DNA of 62,943 nt, filler included, from Phoronis australis (taxonomy: Eukaryota > Animalia > Phoronida), in the NCBI GenBank assembly GCA_002633005.1. It is 9 parts of 9 records of this genome, joined end to end, with 100 filler letters (N's around TTAATTAATTAA, not from the genome) between each part and the next. Parts side by side here need not be neighbours in the genome. Positions count along the whole stretch, not along the records: positions 8,323 to 39,098 come from NMRA01000146.1; 8 more parts are not named here. One strand, written 5' to 3'. The notes under the pieces are model-generated. The model did not search any database and was not told the DNA's origin. It saw only the letters and a list, made by a program, of their open reading frames with translations. Below are positions 25,885-39,098 of the stretch, piece by piece (the first letter of the stretch is position 1; every line of letters begins with the position of its first letter). The translations under genes were made by a program, and so were the position numbers.

Positions 25885-25946
25885 ATGGACCAGAGCTGGG
25901 CACAGCGGATGTGATGGCTATATATATCAAGTCTAGGTCTATTTGA
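25885..25946 (+). CDS. Same gene, terminal exon 5
   Basis: ttttgtag|AT, phase 1. Translation DGPELGTADVMAIYIKSRSI followed by a stop. Confidence 0.75.
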
Positions 25947-27301
25947 AACGCCCAAATATGGCATCGTTAACTGTAGTAACTTAAAAAGTCAACTTTAATA
26001 TAAAATTTTTTTTGAATGAAAACACGCTTTGGAAGAGAAAATTCAAGACACATGTACTCTAATGTCGAGTTGTTCAGATCAAATTCTAATACAGACCACT
26101 GCGAAGAAACACAAAAAGTGACTACAAGATTGATAGTTGTAGATTTTTACAGTGTGGACACCAAATCGAAGATTTATTGAGCCTGGTTATGAGGAATACG
26201 ACAGGATCGAAGGAAGGGATATCCCAAGAATACTACAACCCACAATGTTATGTTGGGACGGTAGATAGGTTGTCTCTTTCAAGAGATGTGCCAAATTATA
26301 TGTAGCCTGGCAATTTATTAATCTGTAACTGTTTTACCTGAGGAAAATCATCATATTTATTGTTAGACCTGTTTATGGTCTTCTGATACTTACAGTGTAT
26401 TAATGCCTGGGTATGTAGCATGCTCGCACTCAGCGTTTAATTTGGGGGGAGCTCTAATATCTGGCGATGTGGACCTTTTACTAACAAAAACGGCAGGACT
26501 GAAATCAGGGTACTAATTTCAGAGCTGTGGATTGTCCTTTTAGTGGAGTTTTGTCTCGTTTTCTCGGACTTTTGGTTTCTATGAGGAGGACCATTTTGGC
26601 CACTTCGCCAAATGGGGGGTGGGGAGGGGGCTACTTGGACCCCCCTGGATGCGCGCATGTGTAGAACAGGGAAGCTGGAGTTTATGACCATTGGGTTTTG
26701 TCATAATTATTTTATGTCGGTGTGGTGTCAATATAATTTTAGTAGTAACATTATTGTGTGCCAGTAAATGGCGATTCCATCTAATTTGAGTGATTAAATC
26801 AGAGTTGAATGAAATCTGATATTTGCTGAAATGGAGTGCATGTACCAGTATGGTACAGTAACTTTGTACCAGCTTAACACTTCTCTTTTACTGTTACGGT
26901 GTGATTTTACTGCGTGATGGTGATATTTTGAAAAAAATATTTTGAAATAAATCAAAACTTTATTATTTGAAATGGTTACAGTATCTCAATATGTTGTTTA
27001 TGTGTGAACATTTTTGTTGTCCTTCTCGTTCTGCTGGCCAGATGGAAGTGTGCTCGTTATTAACTGAAAAAATCTGCGATTCCGCACATCATGGTTTGAT
27101 GAAAGGGATACAGTGATTGGTGTAAAAATTAATATTGGTAAAAGTTAATAATGCGAACGCCTTTTTAAAACTCTAGTTCCGAGGTGTGTTGCTTTACAAC
27201 AGAGTCTATGACAGAACTGTTTTAACTGAGACCATGTCGTTTCAAACCAGTTCCCGACCCTAAGATGAAATAGGCATTAGGACAAGTAATACTAGTTAGT
27301 T

Positions 27302-27551
27302 AAAGAAAAGTAGTGTATCACAAAGAAAAGTAGTGTATCACAAAGAAAAGTAGTGTATCACAAAGAAAAGTAGTGTATCACAGAAGAAAAGTAGTGTATC
27401 ACAGAAGAAAAGTAGTGTATCACAAAGAAAAGTAGTGTATCACAAAGAAAAGTAGTGTATCACAAAGAAAAGTAGTGTATCACAAAGAAAAGTAGTGTAT
27501 CACAAAGAAAAGTAGTGTATCACAAAGAAAAGTAGTGTATCACAGAAGAAA
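27302..27551. repeat. Minisatellite, 20-bp unit AAAGAAAAGTAGTGTATCAC, ~12 copies
   Basis: Counted directly. Some units carry a +G variant (CAGAAG). Confidence 0.95.
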
Positions 27552-28067
27552 TTTTCCTGGAGATACCTCAGCAGCCCTCACATGAGTTTTATTTTTTTGA
27601 AAAAACGTCTGCATATTGATGTAATTATTATTCCTTGGTATAACCTGAAGTAGACAATTCCAATCACCTTTCGGGAAATTGGGTCTGTGCAAATGCATAC
27701 TTCGACCTCAGGCTTCGGCCGCCCAAGCAGTGGTGTTCACAGGCACACGAGGTTAACCGATATGTGTATGTGCAAATCTTGCCAACCGGTACAGGGTGTT
27801 TTTGGTGTCATTTGCAAATTCTTACTCTTTCGTTAATTTACTTAATGTTAACATATCAGTTTTTATAACTCTATCGTTTTGCAAAACTTTGCTCCCAACT
27901 TTTATTCAAACTGGCCTGTGCTCTCAATTGGGGCGATTGAGTAGCTCTCGCGGGAATATTTGTGGAGCTGGTGCGAGATTTTGCGAAAGCGTCATATTGC
28001 ATTAAATGAAGTCGGAGGGAATCGAGAAATTAGAGTCAAATTTTGTTATAAATCAGTGCAACCGAGT

Positions 28068-28256
28068 ACGCCAGGACGCTGTCGTGTGCTGGTATGCTAC
28101 AATGAGATAGGAGGGCATGAGTTTCCGAAAGACAAAGAACTTCGAAAAAAGTGGATCATCGCCGTCAAGCCATTGGATTCGAGCAACTACCGTCGACTCT
28201 GGGAACCGCGACCGCATGATGTTGTGTGTTACGACCACTTTACAAGGGACGATTAC
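28068..28256 (+). pseudogene. THAP zinc-finger domain remnant from a DNA transposon
   Basis: PGRCRVLVCYNEIGGHEFPKDKELRKKWIIAVK...LWEPRPHDVVCYDHFTRDDY has the C-x4-C...FP...W...C-x2-HF signature. The presumed start codon reads ACG, and no downstream transposase was seen. Confidence 0.8.
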
Positions 28257-30699
28257 AGAGCAGCGAATATGCACACGTACATGTACACACACATGTACAA
28301 TTCCATTGGTCAACTGCTGCGTACAATGATACGACTTTATATGCACGAATACTGCTGTTTGTATGCTCATAGATTTCCATGGGTTTCTATTATTTTTTCC
28401 TACTTAGTGTTCAAGTGTTTTACACGAACGCACGCCTCAAATTTTTGTGTTAGAATAAATCAAATGGCGTCGGGTTAAGGAATTCTTAGAACCATACTAA
28501 AAACTTTGAGAATGCAGTGATGTAATGGCGCGCCGGTTAGCGGCCCTTTGACAGCTGATCGTCTTATCCGTTTACAAACAACTGAAAAATAGGTACTATA
28601 CAATTATAAAGACGAATAAAATTAATCACGTTGCTTTATAATTTCATATTCTAAAATTTATACATTTCAGTGATTGTCGTTTCGACTGAGCCAACAAAAC
28701 CTCAGTCCAAGGCCCTAGCAGCACTCCCTGAGAATTTCAGCCAAAGCATTACGAATTTGGTCTTTGCAATAGCTTTTGAACGTTTAAGCAATGCGTGGGT
28801 CCTATGCTTACATTGCTTTATGTAACCAATATTTTAAAACCTGGTTAGTATTTAAAATATCAAATTTTATTCCCCGGCTTCCACAAAGCTACCGTGCTTT
28901 TGATTTATAGCGTTCATCATCAATATGGCGGACCGCGTGTCACGCGCTCTCTGCCTTGCGATTATAGTCTTGTCGTCTCTATCTAGAAACCGGTGACCTA
29001 AAGTCGTGAACATAAACATAAAAGCAATGTCCGTTAGCAACTGCTCATGTGATGTCATGGACATATATCAGCCTTCACTAATTTACGTGTTTTTTCTAAA
29101 TCCTTTTTTGTCTCCGTAAGCAGTTTTGAAACGGTCGCTCTTATCGCCGACCATTTGAATGATACCCTAAAGTCATGACCGTTTCGTTTAGACGGAAATG
29201 CACGAAGTAAGTCTACAATTACTCTAGAAGACATAAAAACGTATTGCATTGTTTATTGATTCAGTTTTAATTGAAAAAAAATGATATGTGCTTTGCGCCC
29301 AACTCCAATGGGCACAGATGTTTTCAATGAGGGTGTTTACGTAAAACGCTAAGAACCCAGCATCAATTATCTCTCTCTGTATTTAATTGCTTTGGTTTCA
29401 CAAAACTTGATCGACTCTGGGACATTTTGATACATTGTTCAGGCTGACCCTGGAACGTGTGTTTGAGCAAATCTGAACGATGTATAGTTTCAAAAATGTA
29501 CTCTGAAAATGCATAAAAAGTGGATTAGTAAAATATTCTGTTTTTAAAAAACATTTGAAAAAAGAAGCCACCCACTCACTGTTAATTATCATATTGTGAT
29601 TATCAACACGTCCGGTTATTCGTCTGTCGTCTGTTTGCAGACGAAATCTGGAAATTTTCACGCTAGATTTCTCGGGACCGCGCAGAAAAGGAAATAGGAC
29701 CGTTCACGACTTTAGGACCTCCAAAGGTATATAGCTCATTGGGGGCAAATCACAGTTATTATAGAGTTTTGGCTGCAGACGCACACCGATGTAGAGATGA
29801 GTTCCATACTCGTGTCTTAATCAAAAAAAAAACAAAAAAACAAAGGGTTTTGTAGCATTCCCAACTCACACGCACTACTCATGATCTAACTGAAACTTAA
29901 ATAAGCTACAGACTTTTAATCACTTAATTCACACTGGAAAAAAACAGTCACACAAAAATATTACCAAAACAACAAACTTGACTGTTTTCTCCCCAAAATT
30001 ACCACTTCTCTTTAAGCGCTAGAAAAAAATCTGACTACAGATTCAAAGTGCTCGTACTCTCTGGATTTTAAAAATGTGGTCATAATGTGCCCCTTACCAG
30101 TTACTTTTTCTGCAATTTTGATTTGTTTGACAGCCACCTGAAATCGCACCCGGTTTCTCAGACAGCAAGCGACAGGGTTGAAAGCAAATGGCAGCCACCA
30201 TTTTTGCATCAAATGTATGCCATCAGTGGCGGATCTAGGATACCATAAGGGGGTCCCAACGTCCACGGGGAATGGGGCAAAGCGTGATTGCATTTGCACA
30301 CAGGCGGCCTCAAACGTGCAGGGGCCGAGGACTGTAGACCTTCTGTTCGAATGATCTATGGGTGGAATAGACTAAAAAAACAAAAAAAAAACAGGAACGT
30401 TTCACGCTCTATCGCTGTATTAGGCCATATTCCAAGCTATCCTATCTTTCACCTGCGTGGCCACTTTCTTGGAGAAACAGGACCTTTGCATTAAACCCAT
30501 CTACAGATGTTCAAAAGTCAATTTCAAAAAAGTTCCCAAGAATTCACTTGCACGTTTACTATATTAGAAATTTTAATTTAAAAGGTGGAAAAATATAACC
30601 CCAACTATTATGTTAGCCACCAGGTGTCAGTGAAAAATGATCCAAAAGCTAATCAATTGCCAAGAAAATATTGTGTCCATACCTTTCCCCTTCAAAATT

Positions 30700-33543
30700 C
30701 GTCTCTATGGCATGAAAACATTCACCAGAGGACAGTCAGCTGATTTTATCCTGCTGGCTTAGCTAGCTTGTATACTGCTACTGATTACATTGGATAGTAT
30801 TAATTCTTGAATGGGTGTGCAAGTAATAGGCAATTACCAAGGACCGAGGCTCAAAAACCAGCAGGCAGCAGTTAGGAATTGACGAAAGCCAAATCAAGTG
30901 GCCACCAGTGTCATTGTACTGAAACAATTCTTGGCACATTCCTGAATCACTTTGTGTTTCGCAAAGTACAGTTTTGGGACAGCTACGACTCTGCTGAAAC
31001 CATGAATTATTGAACGAGTGTGCGACTTCACAATATATTGGTAATGTGTCTGCCCCTTGTTGCAACCATGTATCAGCGTCTTTTCAAATTTCTGAGCTGG
31101 AATTTTCAGACAGTAGCTGGTCTAAGTCTACTGCACACAAACGTATCTACATTGAGTTCAAGAACAGTATCGTTGCTGATAAGTGTTTAAGTTTTTGTGA
31201 AAAAACAGAGCTCTTGTCATGCGCTCACCCAGGTGTGGGGGGCTCGGGGGCTTGAACGAGCCTCCTCCATTTGGGAAGTGGGTGAAAAGGTCCGCCTCAG
31301 AGAAACAAAAACCCCGTAAAAGTAGAAAACTAGACAAAAGGTCACTAAAAAGGCAGGAACTACCAAAATTCGGCGAACTCACAATTCGTAGCTTTGAAGT
31401 ACACCGTGAATCTTAATAAATGTCGACATTCGTAAAAACCCGAGCCCCCATTCTTAGGCTTGGTGCACGTATACTTCTATCACAAGCAATGTTACAGACA
31501 CTTAACGGATATAACAAAAGTTGAAAGAGCTCTTAAAAAAGAAAAAGACCAATCTGAGGATGGAAATAATGTTGATCCCACTAGAAAATTAAGGAGATTG
31601 TCACTGTCAGTTACATGTACATTTAACAAAGCTCAAAGAAATATACTTTATATGTATTTCCACCAGAATGAACCATTTGCCACAAATCACAGGGAACTTC
31701 ACAAATAAAAAAGTTGAAAAACTATCCCAGTTCCAAACATTCAATTGTGAATATGCCTACCTATTCTTAATTTGAAAAGGTGTCATTTATGGCAAATAAT
31801 CTTGGAAATATTGCCTGTGTTCTGTAATTTATTTTGCTTGAAAATTCAAATGTTGCGCAGATTTCAATATCTCACAGTTTGAAGATTCTTGAATGGGAGT
31901 TTTTAGCTGAGGAAAATTTTTACTCTTCCAATTATGTACTAATTGAAACAGGAAGCATCAAATGCAATTTTAGCTCTACGGTAAAGAAGACACTTTTCAA
32001 TTTAAAAAAAAAACTATTGCCAACATGACTATTCCCCATTTTTCAAAGGCTGAACTACTATATTAAGGATGATAAATATGTTTCTATGTTTCAAATTGTT
32101 TGAAGGCAGCTGCACAGTGCAATCAATGCCAGTAATGATGCAAATTTCTCTTAATGCTTATTTTTGCTGAGCACATAGAGACAAAATGAAATTTCAGTTG
32201 TTGGCCATATTGTGTGCTAAAGTGAAGAGTATTTTAGTTATCTGTTTCAGTTAAATAGGATTACTGTAACAAGGTGTTTAGATAAAACGATATTCAGGTT
32301 GTTAAAACTTATTTTATTTTGGGTAGGGTGCAGTCTTGCAGAGATATTTTTGTAACTTTTTCTTTGCCATCAAAGTTGGGCTCAAAATTTGTTTTTCCTG
32401 GTTAACTCATGGAAGAAATTGAACCGTTTGTATGCAAGCTGTACGGCGAGTCATCAACAGTTAACAAAGCACACTACGACATATTCAGGTTGAAAAAAAA
32501 ATGTGATCTGCCTCCTCATCATGATTGTTTGCTGCTACATGTTAAAATAGCAAACTACCAGTGTGCCATTCACAAACGAGCCTTGCAACAACATGTCAGT
32601 GCACCATCTCTATTTGCTAATGGGTGGCTTTTAGAACAGGGTAGTGTGATGCTCCACTGGATGACTCTGCCTTTAGCCCCAGAACATGCCATGACAAATG
32701 TTAATGGCAAGAGTAAAAGAATTGGTTGTAGTATAAAAATGTGCTCTTGTTTGAAGACAGGCATGCCATGCTCTAAGTTGTGTGACTGGCCTGACTACAC
32801 GGTGTCAGTCAAAAAACTTTAGATGACAATAATGATTATATAAATGATGATGGAGTGGATTAAGAAACATAATAAGTGTATGCTATGTTAAGAAATTTTA
32901 AATTTTCAACCCAATGGAAAATATGGACAACATTTCATCATGCTCATGACTGACACTGCTCGGTGTGTCGTTCCCTGTGACAGTTGACAGTGAACTACAG
33001 TGTGGGAAAATGTTAATTAATTATGACAAATAATGAAATTGATGTCAGAACATTTGATGCAGAAGCATTGGAAATGTATGGTGTTCACATGTGGGTTGTG
33101 ATGTCAAATCTTTATCACGTTCCAAATGGTTAACAGTATAGTTCTTTTTGTAGGAGTTCAGAATACAGTAGTATGTTTTCTGGCCAACAGGCAGTGCTGC
33201 TAAAATTGTACTTTTTCTCTTTTTTAGCACTTTTCCACATAATGTCATAATATTTATCACTTTCCTTGTTCAATATCTTCAAATGAACAAAACCCAATCA
33301 AATTATCATTCAGTTTTTTAGTGTTGTTGCTTTTTGAAAATTGGTTTTCCGTGTCAAATTTTGCAAAAGTCAGATTTTTGAGGTCAAATTTCTCCAAAAC
33401 GTGCAAGTCAAACCTTGGGAACATTTTATATTCTTGAAGTATACTACTTAATGATCTTCAAAACACCAAAATTATCTTGCCCCCAAAAAGTGGCCATGGA
33501 AGTGATTTTCTAGGCTTCCTAGAGTCGAATGGACTTTGGACTA
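30700..33543 (+). mobile_element. Second Academ-type transposon remnant (left boundary uncertain)
   Basis: ORF 32409-32822 FVCKLYG...LPP...LLLHVKIANYQ...GW...LAPE...CSCLKTGMPCSKLC is a typical AcademX C-terminus. YHKQCY at ~31478, terminus ..GGACTA, and subterminal 33385-33490 is homologous to 18791-18897. Confidence 0.65.
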
Positions 33544-33999
33544 TGGCCTATATTGCGCCCGCCCCCCCCCCCAATTCCGCCTATGGCCAAGGCTACGAAA
33601 CTCGTTCAAAATCACAAACAACTCAGCTTCCGTGAAATTATTTTCAACCCATTCCACAAAACAGTCGCCAAGCCTGACACACGCACTTTACATGTACATA
33701 AATTCCAGGGACTAGAAAACGCCCCGTGGCCGCAGCCTAAGAGTTCAGTGTTACCATATTTATGGATAGACGTTCATTTTTTTCTCCCATATACAACCGG
33801 CTTACTAATATGCATTGTAAACAGCATTTGAGGGCCACAATCGCCTCTTGTTTAAGAATTTGGCGCCTTCATTTAATCTCACAACATAATTAGAAAAAGG
33901 CGTTTTGAACATATTCAATATACATGTACATGTACATATAAATTGAGGTACACCAGATTTCGGCTCCATGAGTAGATTTTTGCAACACCAAGGTATGGA

Positions 34000-34870
34000 A
34001 CATCGTAAAGTATATTGTTTTTGTATTACAGCTAATTACTGTTACAATAGTTTTAATCATTGTTGAAGCCTTTCCTTGCTTGGGTTGCAAATATTTAACA
34101 AAACTAACTCCACTTTAGTCTAAAAGAGAACGCAATTTCCAGTATTTATGGTGGGATTTAACCTCAACAATTTGTCTTTTCTGGATACCTATACCTTCAC
34201 TCTTAAACACAATAACGTTAGCTTTTCCTAAATTAACTGTAAGACTCCAATCATTATAAAATTCCTCAAGTACATTTTAAAAGTTTTCGCTGAAGCTCAA
34301 TAACCTTGTCTAAAATAATCGCTAAATCATCTGCAAAAAGAGAACTGATTTCACAATCCGGGGACTTATTAATACTCCTACCTCATTTTTCACTTAGGCC
34401 CACCATCAACTCACTTATAAACATCGAGAATAGGAGAGGTTGAAGACACAGCCCTGCCTGACACGTATTTTAGAAGTGGAGTGTGGAGTGACGTCTGTTT
34501 GCATTCTAACACATGACTGAAGATCCTTAAGATGTTACGAAGTTTGGAAAGCATTTTTCCGTGGACTCCCATTGTCAGAAGTACATGAAACAGGCTTGAC
34601 GTTTCGGCATTGTCAAGTGCTTTTCTAAAATCGACCTGGGTACAGTAAACACTGCCAGGTTTTTTGTTGCGTAATTCTGAATTAAAATCTTGCGAAACAA
34701 AAATGTTGTCAATACTGGTATGCCCAATTCTGAAACACTCTCGTTCTTTAGTCGCACAATGCAGAGTGTTTGCTCATTCAGTAACACTTTACTGATGCCA
34801 TGTAGCAGGGATACTCTTCTGTAATCACTAAGGTCAATTTTATTACATTGCTTGACTAAGAGTACAACAA
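34000..34870 (-). mobile_element. Decayed non-LTR retrotransposon reverse transcriptase (L2/CR1 group)
   Basis: Minus-strand fragments DYRRVSLL..ISKV, GCLQPLLFSMFISEL, SLFADDLAI, WSLTVNL, with stops and frameshifts. Confidence 0.75.
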
Positions 34871-37419
34871 TTCTAGTAAACAATCACTCAGAATTCATTG
34901 CCGACTTTCATACTAGTGATGTCAACGTCGACTAAGTCCAAAAAGTCTTACGAGAGGTAAAGTTTTCAGCAGCAATGTCTTGCATTTCAATAGAACATAC
35001 TGTTCGAGTGAAGTGTCTTGGTAAAACAAGTTGTAACTTTAACATGCATAGTCTTGACAGTCGAGTCTATGTTTTCTTTAACTCCCATGTCTTGTAAACC
35101 ATTTTTATAGTCAATACTTTCGAATTCTTTGTCTGAATTCTAAGTTGGAAAACCCAACGGTAAAACACTATGCGACCAAATGTTCTTGCGACGAATCTGC
35201 ACAAGGTACGAGACAAAGGTTTCGTTCACTATCTTAAATATGTAATTAGGTAGAGTAAACAACCGATTCACGTGCGTTTCTTTTTTATTTGGAGGGGAGA
35301 GCCAGACTTGTTAAAACAAATACTTCTAGAAAGATAATGACTGGAAAGTCAAACGTTTGCAATTATAACATTTCAAATATTTTCAGGATTGTCACAATCT
35401 CCTTCTTCCTGTTAAGAACCATTTATTCTCAAATTTGGAGCGAATTATAAGATGCTGGACGTTCTCGGCAAAAATTCAATACTCTTAAAGATCCACCGTT
35501 CATTGCACGCGTATTTGGGTTTCGTTGACTTGTCTGCGTTATCTGGGTTTGGAACACGATCGCCAGTCATAGTAGTATTTGGGTCTTGAACATCTCTCTG
35601 TTTGTAAAATAATCCGTAAAGTACTTATCTCAAAGAGCAGTATAGTTTAAAAATTTAACACATACCAAATTAAGTAATACGTAACATGACACAAGGTTCA
35701 CATTCTCTCTGTTGTCAAACTAAAATCCTTGTAGATCACAATTTTGTACCTCGGCCGAGATCAGAAAACCATCGACTATCCTGTCTATTTCCGCGACGTG
35801 TGAGCGCAGTGCGTACTTGGCAGCGAATCGGCACCAGCTTTACTGGCCGTTAAAATGTAAAATAGAAAAAAGATCCTAACACGGCGTTGTTCTAACAAAG
35901 AAAAACAAGTTTTATCTCAAACCAATGAGCTCCAAACCTCAATGGCAATAACGCGCACCTATGCTTGATTTTGCTGCCCGAACACACTAACCGGCGAAGT
36001 AATTCCTCTGCAGTTACCGTGACTCTTCGCCGGGAAAACAATCACTTGCTAAATTGGCTTTCATTTACAATTTTTAGGGAAAATATATTTTAAATCCTGA
36101 CAAGCTGTCCCCATTTTGGTTTTATTAGAGTTAAGGACCACTGTCGATTATTTTATCGCGGTTTGTAGGCTGGTAACATACACTAATGCTCCAGTCGCAC
36201 AGCCGGAGTTCTTAAGCCTGGGATACTGCATGAATTGTACTTCCTGTTTCGCGGTTAGTTCAAAACAATGGTGTGTTCTTCGTGTCTGAATCATGAGTGG
36301 CGCGTTTATTCAAACTTTCTTCGACTAAGGATTGTAGTACTAGGGCTTTAAGGATATCTCAACCCTTATTCAACAAAATTGTCAGTTTTTGAAATGTTTC
36401 ACATATGTCAAACAAAATGTGCTATCTTCATTCTCGGGGAACTTCAAATACGAAACAAAGACCGTGTTCGAGAAAAAAGATTTAGCAGAACCACCTTGGA
36501 ACTGCACATCCTCATGGAAATTTGTTTACTACTTATCCGAGGTCAAAGGTTACAAGGCTGTCACTCAAAACCAATCTCCCGCCAGGCATAGAGCAGCTCC
36601 GTATGTATCCTCAGTCCTTTCATGCACAAACACGCCATAATAGATAATCAACATGGTCTACATACATGTATGGTAGAAAGATGCTGGGAAAAACGAAGCA
36701 AAAACGTATCACGAGGAGGCTGTGCGTCTGTAGGCATACTGTATAACCGTTGAGAACAAATTCTCCAAGTCACCGCGCGCCTCTGTGACTTTGTGAAAGG
36801 ATAAAACTCTTCATCCGAATATAAATTTGATAGGTAATTTGACATTTCGCTGCTTCGATCTCATGCTCACGACTCGCTTTATCCACCGACTCGATTTCTG
36901 TTGTCCATTTGTACTTGGTTTCATATCAGTCTTCCAGCTCGTGGTGTATAAAACAATGAACTGTTGACCTGCTTTTAAGTCACACACGTTTTTAACTATA
37001 ATTAAGATAATTACGCACAGCAATTTCACTTGACATTGCAAGTGAATGTTGAAATGGCATGTATAGGCAATCTTAACAGTGGATTTTGCTGAAACTCTTT
37101 AAATTTAGTATTGATGATCAATCTCTAAAACGCTGTTAGGACTTTCGCTATAAAGGCCTGCTATTTTTTACAAAATTACAATACATTGTGCAAGTGGGTT
37201 TCTCATAGAAACCAATTGGTTTTACCAACCCTCCCAATTAATTTTAGGTGGGAAGCTTTAGTATGTTGAAGAATTCCCATAACTCACGGAAAGATGTAAA
37301 ATTCTCCCTATTTTGATGAATGTAATTGCCGGGTTATAGAGATATTTCAATTTCCGGAATCACCGCCTTTGCTGACCATACAAAACTTAGCATTAGGGGT
37401 TAATACTGGCAACCACATA

Positions 37420-38230
37420 TTGTGAACACTCCTGTATGCTGATGACATAGTGATACCTGACACGATCTTCAGATTATGTTGGGTACTTTGCACCAATGAT
37501 GAATGTCTCATTCATTGACGTCTTTTAAGTTTGCCTAGGGAAGTTTTAGTGAGGATTAAGTATAGATATTTGGGCGTGTTTTTAGATGAACATTTAAGGT
37601 TTTGCATTGACTTCAAGCGTGTTGGTGGAGGCTGCAAGGAGGGCAGTTGATTTCCAAATTTAAGTACTTAAAGGGCTTGGATATCAAACTTTCAAAAAGA
37701 TTCTGCACTGGCGTCTGTCCTAACCTTGATTACTTTGCGGGATATGGTGTTTTAATCATAATCATAAATGTGATGCAATAAAAAATAAGTATCAACGCTG
37801 TTTTCTCAGAGGATACCAGAGGCACTAGGGTAATTTTTAAGGCACTCTTTGTACATACCTGCAAGCTAGCACTTTTTGGAATAAATTCTCTATTGCTAAG
37901 AATAGCGTGTAATATTTCTCAAACGCAACTGGCCGACATCTGGTCAGACCAGATCCAATCAACACCCAAGTTCAGAACGTCAGAAACTTTTTAAAATTCT
38001 TTTGAAACAGTAATGTACATTTATCTTCCACTTATTAACCGATTGTTACGGGCATTTCTTTCTCAGTTTCGATACAGAATCCTTTCTCTTAGAGAAGAAA
38101 GGTGGCGCTTTATAAGTTTATCATCGGAGAACAGAATCTGTGTGATAAGTCACACAGGACAAGTTGTTTATGGGTTTCATTTTTGTTGCATTGTTGTGTA
38201 TTCGACCATATTAGAGATAAAATGTTTGGT
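37420..38230 (+). mobile_element. Decayed LINE reverse-transcriptase C-terminal half
   Basis: Fragments LLYADDIVI, KYRYLGVFLDEHLRF, and LSQFRYRIL.L..E..R...ENRIC...HF..C. Confidence 0.75.
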
Positions 38231-38772
38231 GCTGTTTACTCACAGTTAGCCTAGACCCCAAAATCTTTCTTGAACAGTGCAATTTCATGTATCGTATTTT
38301 CTAATGGTAGTACCATACATGTACGTTATTTAGCTAAATAACTCAGGGATGCCTTTCCGGCAATCCGGAAATTAAATTTAGGCTCTACTTCTTTGTAACT
38401 AACTATACCCTTTCCTGGGGCTGGTATTGAGTGGCTTGTCTCACAGATTTTTCAATGTTCTTCCATGTTCTTTTAAATTAATTATCGCAAAATTGCTACA
38501 TTATTTTAAGTCGCATTGAGGTATGAGCCTCGTCGGCACAATTCATTCATTCATTCATCCATAAAAGCACGCATTCATTTAGATTTGAAAGGCCGACTGT
38601 CCAAATTTACTGAATTCGGAAGAACTATAGGAATCAAAGAGCCCTATTTCGCAAAGGATTTTCCACAATTGTGTGGAAGAAACATATCTCTATCGAAGGA
38701 AACGGCTATACCACAATTTTATTGACTTTAAAATGTTGTCACGTTTTTCCCCGTGTGTGGGTGGGCGCAGGT

Positions 38773-39098
38773 TGTTACAGACCGGTGCTAATAGCTTTCG
38801 GTGCGAAGATTGACTGAAGACTGGTTCGAGTTAATCCTTTATTAATCCCGACCGTACGTTCACAAGCCTACTCAAACAAAACGTCCGACGTAATGTCTGT
38901 TTATGCTCCAGCCAGTGCTGCGAAGCCTTGACTTGTATTGAACTTCTGAGATATTTCCAGCAACTGTTACACTCGTTGATTCAATAACCTGCTGTCTCTA
39001 TAGCTGGCTCTCTATTGACTATCGCTGTAACTGCTGATTCTCTTCACTGCAACTCAACTGTAGTTCTCCTGATTAACTTTCTTGAACTTACTTGATCT
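38773..39098 (-). mobile_element. Possible LTR fragment
   Basis: On the minus strand, AATAAA lies ~70 bp before a ..TGTAACA end. Truncated by the contig end, so no TSD can be tested. Confidence 0.3.

Noticed and set aside
27302-27551. CRISPR-like array
   Set aside because: Head-to-tail 20-bp units with no unique spacers, no cas genes, and a eukaryotic context.
35400-37050. Protein-like fragments and splice-like sites on the minus strand
   Set aside because: Multiple stops and no domain I can recognise, so left uncalled. TBLASTX would be needed.
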